A stretch of DNA of 64,000 bases from assembly GCA_963775845.1 (NCBI GenBank), contig CAVZKN010000004.1, positions 216,865 through 280,864 of the forward strand. Direction: 5' to 3'. Below, in pieces: positions 17,156 to 25,121 of this stretch (positions are counted from its first letter, which is position 1; the number at the start of each line of letters is the position of its first letter). The position numbers and the translations under genes were made by a program. The DNA is from an uncultured Acidobacteriaceae bacterium (GTDB lineage: Bacteria; Acidobacteriota; Terriglobia; Terriglobales; Acidobacteriaceae). Under the pieces are notes generated by a model. That model was not told where the DNA came from. It searched no databases and saw only the letters and a list, made by a program, of their open reading frames with translations.

Positions 17156-20100
17156 ATGTACATTGAACTTCATTCCCGCTCTGCGTTTAGTTTTCTCGAA
17201 GGAGCTTCGACGCCCGAGGAGCTAATCGCCGTGTGCGCAAACCTGGGAATGCCAGCCATGGCATTGCTTGATCGCGATGGAGTATACGGTACGCCGCGCT
17301 TCCATCTCGCCGCAAAAAAGGCAAAGATCAAGGCGCACGTCGGCGCGGAAGTGACGTGTGCTGCGTTTTCACCGCGGACACTCTGTGCTGGATTTCGTCT
17401 TCCGCTGCTGGTTGCCTCGCGGACTGGATATCAAAATCTCTGCCGCCTGATTACGAAAATGAAGTTGCGCGTGGGGCGCAAAGAAGGAGCCTCGGCTTCA
17501 AGCCAGGATTTTATTGAGCACTTCGACGGTTTGATTTGTCTGACCGGCGGGGAAGAAGGACCGCTCGTTGCGGCGTTGACGCACGGTGGCTCGCGCGCGG
17601 CTTTTGAAGAAGTGAAGCGACTGACGGAGATTTTTGGCCGGCGCAATGTTTATGTCGAATTGCAGCGCCACTTTCGGCGCAGCGAAGAATATCGCAACCG
17701 GGTCGCGATCGAAATCGCCGAGGCTTTGCAATTGCCTCTGCTCGCGACAAATGGCGTGAATTATGCCCTGCCGCAGAAGCGGGAATTGGCCGATGCATTC
17801 ACCGCGCTGCGGCATCATCGCACGCTCGCCACTGCTGGGCGATTGTTGTCGCATAATGCTGAGCGCTATCTCAAATCTTCTGGGGAGATGCGCTCTCTCT
17901 TTGCGGATTTTCCGCAGGCCATTGCCAACACAGCCGAGCTTTCTTCGCGACTTGAATTCACATTGAACGATCTGGGGTACGAATTTCCGCTGTATCCCGT
18001 GCCCGCGGGAGAGACCATGATGTCGTTTCTGCGCGAACGCACGCACGAAGGCTGGCAAACACGCTATGGGCAGGCGAATGGGGAGTTGAAAAAGCGGGCG
18101 CGGCGGCAGATTGAACGCGAGTTGAACTTGATCGAACATCTGAAACTTGCCGGATATTTTCTGATCGTCTGGGACCTGGTGCGCTACTGCCGCGAGCAGA
18201 AAATACTGGCGCAAGGGCGCGGGTCCGCCGCCAACAGCGCGGTTTGCTACTCGCTCGGCATCACCGCAGTCGATCCGATTGGGATGGAATTACTGTTTGA
18301 ACGATTTCTCTCCGAAGAACGCGGGGAGTGGCCCGACATCGATCTCGATCTGCCGAGTGGGGATGAACGCGAGCGCGTAATTCAATACGTCTATCGACGT
18401 TACGGCCAGCGCGGAGCGGCCATGACTGCCAACGTGATCACTTATCGAAATCGCATGGCCGCGCGCGAAATGGGCAAGGCGATGGGCTTCGACGAAGAGA
18501 CACTGAAGCGAATCTCGGCGGCGGTTGCGACCTGGGAATTCAAAGACGAGCATGATGCGCTCGACCGCCGGTTGCGCGATGCGGGACTCGATCTTAAGCA
18601 TCCGCGAATTCGCAAATATTTCGAGCTGTGCCTGGCCGCGCAGGATTTGCCACGGCATTTAGGGCAGCACTCGGGCGGCATGGTGATCTGCGAGGGACGG
18701 CTGGATTCGGTGGTGCCGCTGGAGCCTGCTTCGATGCCAGGCCGCGTGGTGGTGCAGTGGGATAAAGAAGACTGCGCCGACATGGGCATCATCAAAGTCG
18801 ATTTGCTCGGCCTCGGGATGATGGCGGCGCTGAAAGATTCTCTGGAATTGATTCGCGATCACTATCACGAGGAAGTGGATTTGGCGCATCTTCCGGCGGA
18901 CGATCCGGCGGTTTATTCGACTTTGCAAAAAGCGGATACGGTGGGGATGTTTCAGGTCGAGAGTCGGGCCCAGATGGCTTGCCTGCCCCGGCTTTTGCCG
19001 AAGAAATTTTACGACATTGTGGTGCAGGTGGCGATCATAAGGCCGGGGCCGATTGTGGGAAACATGGTCAATCCTTTTCTCAAGCGGCGGCAGGGTCGCG
19101 AGGAAGTAACGTATCCTCATCCATCGCTGGAAACGGTGCTCGGCCGCACCCTGGGCGTTCCGCTTTTTCAGGAGCAATTGCTGCGCATGGCCATGATCAC
19201 CGCCAACTTCACAGGCGGCGAGGCGGAGGAGTTGCGCCGCGCCATGGGCTTCAAGCGCTCCGAGGCGCGAATGAAAGCAATCGAAGAAAAATTGCGCGTC
19301 GGCATGACGCGCAATGGAATCCTCGGTGAGACGCAGGAGCAGATCATCCAGTCGATTACTTCGTTTGCGCTTTATGGATTTCCCGAATCTCATGCCGCTA
19401 GCTTTGCCTTGATTGCTTATGCCAGCGCCTATTTGAAATGTCATTATCTGGCGGCGTTCACGGCGGCGCTGCTGAATAATCAGCCGATGGGTTTTTATCA
19501 TCCGTCGACGATTGTGAAAGATGCGCAGCGGCATGGATTGAAAATGCTGCCCATGGATGTGACGCGATCGGATTGGAAGTGTTCGTTGGAGCCGTCAGCT
19601 ATCAGCCATCAGCCATCAGTACGGCTTGGTTTGAAATATGCGCGCGGGTTGCGCGAGGCGGCGGGGCAGGCTTTGGTTCGAGAGCGCAGTCTGGCGCCGT
19701 TTGCTTCGGTGCAGGATCTGGCTCGGCGCGTGCCGGAGTTACGCAAGGAGGAATTGACTACGTTGGCGGAGATTGGTGCGTTGAATGAAATCGGAAGTCC
19801 ACCAAGGAGGCACCCTTCGGCTGCGCTCAGGGCAGGCTCCGACACGGAGAAAAACCTTGGAGAAAATTCTTATTTGATTGATCTGGATGGAAAGAATTCC
19901 TCCGTGCCTCCGTGTCTCCGTGGTGAAAAGGGCTTTCATCGCCGCGACGCGCTTTGGCAGGTGGAGCGGGCGGTGCGCTGGTCGGGTCCTTTGCTGGATG
20001 AATTGCCGGAACGCGATGGGGAGTCTCCCCTGGCACCTATGACGGATGAAGAGCGGTTGGTCGCGGATTTTCGCGCTACCGGGCTGACGGTTGGTCCTCA

Positions 20101-20455
20101 CCCCATGCAGTACAGGCGGCAAGACATGAAGCGGATGGGGATTTATCGTGCTTCAGATCTGGCACAATTGCCGAACGGGCAGCGCTTGCGAATTGGCGGA
20201 TGTGTGATAGCGCGGCAGCGTCCGGGGACGGCCAAGGGCATGATGTTCATGAGCCTGGAAGATGAAACCGGAATTGCGAATGCCATCATCGCTCCGGATT
20301 TGCTGCAGAAGAATCGCGTCTTGCTGATTTCGGAGCGCTTCCTGATGGTCGAAGGCATCCTGCAGAACCAGGACAACGTGATCCACATACGAGCGGAGAA
20401 AGTCTTGCCGCTTAACGTCACGCGCGCGGAGACAGTGTCCCACGATTTTCACTAG
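17156..20455 (+). CDS. dnaE2: Error-prone DNA polymerase III alpha-subunit paralogue DnaE2 (ImuC)
   Basis: PHP-domain start MYIELHSRSAFSFLEGASTPEEL, polymerase core blocks (GLLKMDLLGL-like IKVDLLGLGMM, QVAIIRPGP), an HhH region and a C-terminal OB region, in a 1099-aa ORF after imuA and imuB. Confidence 0.9.
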   Translation: MYIELHSRSAFSFLEGASTPEELIAVCANLGMPAMALLDRDGVYGTPRFHLAAKKAKIKAHVGAEVTCAAFSPRTLCAGFRLPLLVASRTGYQNLCRLITKMKLRVGRKEGASASSQDFIEHFDGLICLTGGEEGPLVAALTHGGSRAAFEEVKRLTEIFGRRNVYVELQRHFRRSEEYRNRVAIEIAEALQLPLLATNGVNYALPQKRELADAFTALRHHRTLATAGRLLSHNAERYLKSSGEMRSLFADFPQAIANTAELSSRLEFTLNDLGYEFPLYPVPAGETMMSFLRERTHEGWQTRYGQANGELKKRARRQIERELNLIEHLKLAGYFLIVWDLVRYCREQKILAQGRGSAANSAVCYSLGITAVDPIGMELLFERFLSEERGEWPDIDLDLPSGDERERVIQYVYRRYGQRGAAMTANVITYRNRMAAREMGKAMGFDEETLKRISAAVATWEFKDEHDALDRRLRDAGLDLKHPRIRKYFELCLAAQDLPRHLGQHSGGMVICEGRLDSVVPLEPASMPGRVVVQWDKEDCADMGIIKVDLLGLGMMAALKDSLELIRDHYHEEVDLAHLPADDPAVYSTLQKADTVGMFQVESRAQMACLPRLLPKKFYDIVVQVAIIRPGPIVGNMVNPFLKRRQGREEVTYPHPSLETVLGRTLGVPLFQEQLLRMAMITANFTGGEAEELRRAMGFKRSEARMKAIEEKLRVGMTRNGILGETQEQIIQSITSFALYGFPESHAASFALIAYASAYLKCHYLAAFTAALLNNQPMGFYHPSTIVKDAQRHGLKMLPMDVTRSDWKCSLEPSAISHQPSVRLGLKYARGLREAAGQALVRERSLAPFASVQDLARRVPELRKEELTTLAEIGALNEIGSPPRRHPSAALRAGSDTEKNLGENSYLIDLDGKNSSVPPCLRGEKGFHRRDALWQVERAVRWSGPLLDELPERDGESPLAPMTDEERLVADFRATGLTVGPHPMQYRRQDMKRMGIYRASDLAQLPNGQRLRIGGCVIARQRPGTAKGMMFMSLEDETGIANAIIAPDLLQKNRVLLISERFLMVEGILQNQDNVIHIRAEKVLPLNVTRAETVSHDFH
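19594..19621 (+). repeat. Period-7 array (TCAG-N3 x4) inside the dnaE2 coding sequence
   Basis: The DNA reads cg TCAG cta TCAG cca TCAG cca TCAG tac, which translates as SAISHQPSV. Confidence 0.9.
19796..19936 (+). repeat. In-frame insertion of about 141 nt in dnaE2 with nested inverted repeats around an AT-rich core
   Basis: GACACGGAG (19841-19849) pairs with CTCCGTGTC (19908-19916). GGAGAAAATTCT (19858-19869) pairs imperfectly with AGAATTCCTCC (19893-19903). The encoded peptide SPPRRHPSAALRAGSDTEKNLGENSYLIDLDGKNSSVPPCLRGEKGF interrupts ...LAEIGALNEIG / HRRDALWQVERA. Confidence 0.6.
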
Positions 20456-20636
20456 ATTATCTTTACAAATCCTTACTTTCCACCCGGCAACCCATGGCTC
20501 CGACCGCAAATCTAATTGACCAACCGCTACCGCACGATCTGGCCAGAAGGATGTTTTTGCAATGAACGTACTTTTTGTGAGCCAGCCCTGGATTTCTCCT
20601 CACGTCAGACGCGTCTATAGTCCTCTTTCAAGATCA

Positions 20637-21092
20637 ATGCGGCAAGCGGCAATTATTTCGGCGGCCGTCCTGATGGTCGCCATGCCCGCCTTCGCCGGAC
20701 TCGGTGAAGATGCGAGTTCGGTACAGGCCGATCAAGTCCACATGCACGCCGGCTTGAGGACCACGCAAGCTCAAGGTTATGCGGTGCATGAGATGCAGGC
20801 TCCTACGGGCTTAACCGTCCGCGAGTACGTGTCGCCGTCGTCGGGAAAGGTGTTTGCCGTGGGATGGCAAGGGCCTTGGCCACCTGATATGCGGCAGATA
20901 CTGGCCGGTTATTTTGAGCAGTACCAGCAGGCTGCGCAGACGCAGGCCAATGTACGTCCAGGGCGGCATCCTGTGATGATTCAGCTGCCGGGCCTGGTGG
21001 TGCAATCGGGTGGGCACATGCGATCGTTCGCGGGGCGCGCTTACGTTCCCGATATGCTGCCGCAGGGCGTTGCCGCGGAGGCCATCCGATGA
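20637..21092 (+). CDS. Small secreted protein of unknown function (DUF2844-like from memory)
   Basis: ATG at 20637 gives the signal peptide MRQAAIISAAVLMVAMPAFA. The stop overlaps the start of the next gene (ATGA at 21089). The listed ORF starts at 20562. Confidence 0.6.
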   Translation: MRQAAIISAAVLMVAMPAFAGLGEDASSVQADQVHMHAGLRTTQAQGYAVHEMQAPTGLTVREYVSPSSGKVFAVGWQGPWPPDMRQILAGYFEQYQQAAQTQANVRPGRHPVMIQLPGLVVQSGGHMRSFAGRAYVPDMLPQGVAAEAIR

Positions 21093-22339
21093 CGAGCTTG
21101 AATCGAATAACGATGGATCGAATTTTGACGCTGGTGGCTGGCAGTGTGTTGCTGATGGGCAGCGGGCTTACGGTAGGATGCGGCGGTAGCAGCAGCAGCA
21201 GCTCGAACCATTCCAATCAGACGCCATCGGGCTCGAACGTGCAATCCATCACCGTCAACGCCGGACCGGCGGGAAATTATGCGAACGGCGCATTTACCAG
21301 CGTGACCGTCTGTGCGCCAGGAACGTCCACTTGCCAGACGGTTGACGGCGTGCTCGTCGACACAGGGTCGTCAGGTTTGAGAGTGCTAGCTTCGGCCTTG
21401 ACGGTTCCGCTGACGCAACAAAACGCATCCGATGGCAACCCGGTATACGAGTGTCTTCCATTTGTAATCGGCTATACCTGGGGAGCGGTGCAGGCGGCGG
21501 ATATCGAGATGGCGGGCGAGAAAGCCAGTTCAACGCCCATCCAGGTGATCAATGGCGCTGCGCCAGCGGGATCGTTATGTGCTAGTAATCCAGGCGGAAA
21601 CTCGGACACGCTTTCGAGCCTGGGAGCGAACGGAATCGTGGGTGTCGGAAACTTTCCGCAAGATTGCGGGGGTGCGTGCACCTATCCGCCCTCCACTACC
21701 AAGAACCCGACCCCGAATCCTAACCTTTATTATGAGTGTCCCAACTCTGGCTGTACGGCGATCGCCGAGCCGCTGGCACAGCAAGTGGAAAATCCGGTTG
21801 CGTTGTTTTCGACGGATAATAATGGAGTGATCATTGAACTGCCGGCGGCGAGCGCGCCGGAAGCGAGTTTGAGCGGCTCCCTTATTTTTGGGATTGGAAC
21901 GCAATCGAATAACGTGCTCAACGGAGCCACGATCTACAGCGTTGATGATTACGGAAACTTCATTACCACGTTCAACAATGTGGCTTACAACCAGAGTTTC
22001 ATCGACAGCGGCTCGAACGGAATCTTTTTTCCCGACTCGTCATTCCCGACTTGTTCCGATCTGCAGAATGACTTCTACTGCCCAACCTCGACGGTGAACC
22101 TTTCCGCGATCGCTGCGGGGGCAACCGGGTCGCCCAACAGCACTATCGATTTCAGCGTGGCCAATGCCGACAACCTTTTTAACGCTAATCCCAATGCTAG
22201 TGTGTTTGGGCAGTTAGCGGGACCGAATTCTATCAGCGGCTTCGATTGGGGTCTGCCATTTTTCTACGGCCGCAACGTCTATACAGCTATCGCTGGTCAA
22301 AGTACGCCGGGCGGGACGGGTCCGTACTGGGCCTACTAG
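21089..22339 (+). CDS. Lipoprotein with a pepsin-like bilobal aspartic-protease signature (DUF3443-like from memory)
   Basis: Lipobox LTVGC followed by a Ser-rich linker. VDTGSSGLRV at residues 90-99 and IDSGSNGIFF at residues 305-314. Hydrophobic-Gly blocks GIVGVG and LIFGIG, and a C-terminal WGLPFFYGRNVYTAI that resembles pepsin ILGDVFIRxxYTVFD. Confidence 0.6.
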   Translation: MTSLNRITMDRILTLVAGSVLLMGSGLTVGCGGSSSSSSNHSNQTPSGSNVQSITVNAGPAGNYANGAFTSVTVCAPGTSTCQTVDGVLVDTGSSGLRVLASALTVPLTQQNASDGNPVYECLPFVIGYTWGAVQAADIEMAGEKASSTPIQVINGAAPAGSLCASNPGGNSDTLSSLGANGIVGVGNFPQDCGGACTYPPSTTKNPTPNPNLYYECPNSGCTAIAEPLAQQVENPVALFSTDNNGVIIELPAASAPEASLSGSLIFGIGTQSNNVLNGATIYSVDDYGNFITTFNNVAYNQSFIDSGSNGIFFPDSSFPTCSDLQNDFYCPTSTVNLSAIAAGATGSPNSTIDFSVANADNLFNANPNASVFGQLAGPNSISGFDWGLPFFYGRNVYTAIAGQSTPGGTGPYWAY

Positions 22340-22358
22340 TTTCGCTGACAAGTTTGAA

Positions 22359-23105
22359 TTAAGCGTTGGAGAGCTTTCTGGCGTTGTGCCGCAGCGAACG
22401 GCCCTCCGACAAGCTGTAAATTTCTTCCGCCAGATTCTTTGCGTGATCGCCGATTCGCTCCAGCGCCTGTGCGGCGAGCAGGATATCGAAATTTTTCTGT
22501 CCACTTGGGCTATTAGGTTCGGCCAGATGCCTGTGAAACAGGGAATGGCACAGGCGGTCAACTTCCGGATCGGATTGCAACACACGATGCGCGTAAGAAA
22601 CCTCGCGTTTCATAAAACCCTGGTGCACGTCCTCGAGCATTTCGCGCAGCAGGGAGGCCATCTCGATGAGCTGGCGAGAATCTGCAGCCGGTAGCTTTTC
22701 GCGGCGCGACTGCAGTTGCATGACCGCACTGTAGGCGAGATCGCCGATGCGCTCGAGATCGGTGATGAATTTCAGACAAGCAAGCAATTCGCGCGCCTTC
22801 GCCTCGCCAACGCGGGTGATCGCTTCCGGCAGTTGATCGTCGATTTTACGTTCGATCTGGTCGAGTTCTTTTTCGCAATCCTTGATCGCGAGAAAAGCAA
22901 GGCGCGACCCGTCGGCGAGAAAATCGCGGACGTTGAAGACAGCATCGCGGGCGATCAGACAGCCGCGAACGACCTGGGCTGAGAGTTCATCTTCGGGCAG
23001 ATTGTCGTTATGGTTGGTCGGGACTGTCCGCGCCGCCGTTGCTGGCGATCGCTTGGATGCTGATCGGTGCTTTCTTGACGCGGTTGCCACCTGTTTTCGA
23101 TTCAT
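22359..23105 (-). CDS. phoU: PhoU-family phosphate signalling protein with a basic N-terminal extension
   Basis: Two PhoU-type helical repeats, including ERIGDLAYS and ERIGDHAKNLAEEI. There are no pst genes nearby. Confidence 0.75.
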   Translation of the reverse strand: MNRKQVATASRKHRSASKRSPATAARTVPTNHNDNLPEDELSAQVVRGCLIARDAVFNVRDFLADGSRLAFLAIKDCEKELDQIERKIDDQLPEAITRVGEAKARELLACLKFITDLERIGDLAYSAVMQLQSRREKLPAADSRQLIEMASLLREMLEDVHQGFMKREVSYAHRVLQSDPEVDRLCHSLFHRHLAEPNSPSGQKNFDILLAAQALERIGDHAKNLAEEIYSLSEGRSLRHNARKLSNA

Positions 23106-23269
23106 GGAAAGCTCGCTGACATCGGACCGACGCTTAGATTATCGTCGTAATTCCTTCGGTCCGTTAGCGTCGCGACTGATGCGCAGATTTCAATTCCCTA
23201 CCATTACGAAACTAGCATAAACCCGGAATATGAAGGCAGTGTAAATGAGTGGCGACGGCCTGCGGTTCG

Positions 23270-23857
23270 TCACTGGGAGGGCGATTCCGCCGTGGTCTTC
23301 ACTTGTTTCAGAATTGCTTTGCGGATCAGGCCGGAGAATGGCGCTATCAAACTCCAATAGATGCGAAACTTCCACCAGGCTGCGGCACCGAGGCACTGGA
23401 TTCTGGTTTCGGTCGAGAGAATCGTGCTTTCGCTTTCTGATGATGCCGCGCGCAGCTTGAAGTTCCACGCGGCCTTGGCGTATCCAGTCCGTGCAAAATC
23501 GATGAAGTCGGCCTTCACGAGATCCATGCAACGGCCGCCATCGGGACGCCAGAATCGTCCCGCAACCCCGATGACGATCTCGTCATTTGGGATTTCGTTC
23601 AGCATGACAAAACCGGTTCCCTGGAGACGCTGGCGGAGGTCGCCGGCCGCGGGATGACTGGGCCATTTTTTCCCGGTCCGCAAAGTCATCAGGAGGCGCA
23701 TCAGCCACAGCTCACTGAGGTCCACGTGCAGAAGACATTCATATACGCGCGAGCGGAGCGAGTTGATGCGGATCTGGTAGTCTGCGCGGAAATCATAGTT
23801 TGGGAGAGACGCATCGATCCGCAGAGGCGCGGGGTCAGATGTCAGCGGAGCAGTCAC
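23270..23857 (-). CDS. Hypothetical protein, possibly SRPBCC/START-like
   Basis: The ORF lies downstream of the LysR gene on the same strand. I chose the GTG at 23857 to avoid a long overlap with that gene. The function is a guess from sequence texture only. Confidence 0.35.
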   Translation of the reverse strand: MTAPLTSDPAPLRIDASLPNYDFRADYQIRINSLRSRVYECLLHVDLSELWLMRLLMTLRTGKKWPSHPAAGDLRQRLQGTGFVMLNEIPNDEIVIGVAGRFWRPDGGRCMDLVKADFIDFARTGYAKAAWNFKLRAASSESESTILSTETRIQCLGAAAWWKFRIYWSLIAPFSGLIRKAILKQVKTTAESPSQ

Positions 23858-24768
23858 GCCTGAGATTGTGGGGCAGTCTTTTTCTTGTGATTCGCTTTTT
23901 GCAGCAGGATGTCGATGAAGGCAGTGCTGGCGCACGAAAGCGTCCGGTCGCGGCGATACGCCAGGCCCAGTTCGCGGAATAGTTCCGCGTCTTCCAGATC
24001 AATCAGCTTCACGCTACCGGAGGCAACCTCGTCGCGGGCGAAGGACGAACTAATGATTGACACTCCCAAATCGGCAGCGACGAAACTTTTGATCATGCCA
24101 ATGCTGGGGAGTTCCATGCGCACGAGCAACTCGTTGCGATAAGGGCGAAAGAGCTTATCCAGAAGTCGGCGGGTATGGCCCGTCTTCGGCAGCAGCAGCG
24201 GATGTTTGACAATGTCGCGCACAGACGCGGCTCTAAATTTGGCCAGCGGATTTTGCGGGCTGACCATCAGCATGAGCTTGTCGCGGAAGATCGTTTGAAT
24301 TTCCAGGCTGGGTGACTGAATCGGCAGAGTTAGAAAACCGACCTCGATGGAGCCGTTCTCAAGTTTTTCCGTGACCTTATAACTGAAATTACGGTAGATG
24401 TCGATCTGCACGGGCGGATAGCGCCGGCAGTATTCCGCGAAAACCTCAGGCAAAACGTAAAGGCAGGTCGCTTCATTAGCGCCAACGCGAAGCGTGCCGC
24501 GGGGAGTCCGACTATGGTCGGCAACCGCCATCAGCGACTCTTCGCGCAGCTCTTTTAGACGCACGGCATAGTCGAAGAGCACCTGGCCGGCGGGAGTAAG
24601 CTTTACGGTCTTGCCCGAGCGGTCGAGCAGGCGGTCGCCATACTCCTGTTCTAACTGGCGGATCTGCGCGCTCACCGCCGATTGCGAGCGGAAGACCTTC
24701 TCCCCAGCGCGCGAAAAGCTGCCTTGCTTGGCAACTTCCAGAAACGTAATGAGCTGGTCAAAATCCAT
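23854..24768 (-). CDS. LysR-family transcriptional regulator, divergent from gltB (GltC-like arrangement)
   Basis: The N-terminal HTH reads MDFDQLITFLEVAKQGSFSRAGEKVFRSQSAVSAQIRQLE from the ATG at 24768. The listed start at 24918 adds 50 residues that do not look like LysR. Confidence 0.85.
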   Translation of the reverse strand: MDFDQLITFLEVAKQGSFSRAGEKVFRSQSAVSAQIRQLEQEYGDRLLDRSGKTVKLTPAGQVLFDYAVRLKELREESLMAVADHSRTPRGTLRVGANEATCLYVLPEVFAEYCRRYPPVQIDIYRNFSYKVTEKLENGSIEVGFLTLPIQSPSLEIQTIFRDKLMLMVSPQNPLAKFRAASVRDIVKHPLLLPKTGHTRRLLDKLFRPYRNELLVRMELPSIGMIKSFVAADLGVSIISSSFARDEVASGSVKLIDLEDAELFRELGLAYRRDRTLSCASTAFIDILLQKANHKKKTAPQSQA

Positions 24769-25121
24769 ATTTCTTGATGGCCGGATTATAACGCTCGCGG
24801 CGGAATCGCGGGAGATTAGCTGAAAGCGCTTCGAACGCGGGAATTTCTGGGGAATTGCTCTAAACTCTGTCGCAAACTCCGGGACATCCTCAAACCCGAA
24901 AATTTGCATCGTTCGCATCGAAATTCTGAGTTGTACTTCTATGTCAAAAGGACGATAACTAGAAGGTTGTAGAGGTGCGTTTCTGAGCCGACGAGAGCGA
25001 CAAAACGTAGCCTTTGCGGCTACTGTCCGAATTCAGCAGCAACTTTTCGACATGAGGCCAAGTTCGCAGCAATGTTCGGAGGTACGTTCGCCGCGATCGG
25101 ACCGATTTTGCTTACAAGGTA

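Noticed and set aside
20562-20636. The upstream 25 codons of the listed DUF2844-like ORF.
   Set aside because: The ATG at 20637 yields a clean signal peptide. The upstream residues (MNVLFVSQPWISPHVRR...) do not look like part of a secreted protein.
24769-24918. A 50-codon N-terminal extension of the LysR gene. The LysR at 45308-45355 has a similar extension.
   Set aside because: LysR proteins begin with the HTH. The internal ATGs give canonical N-termini, and the extensions run into the divergent promoter region.
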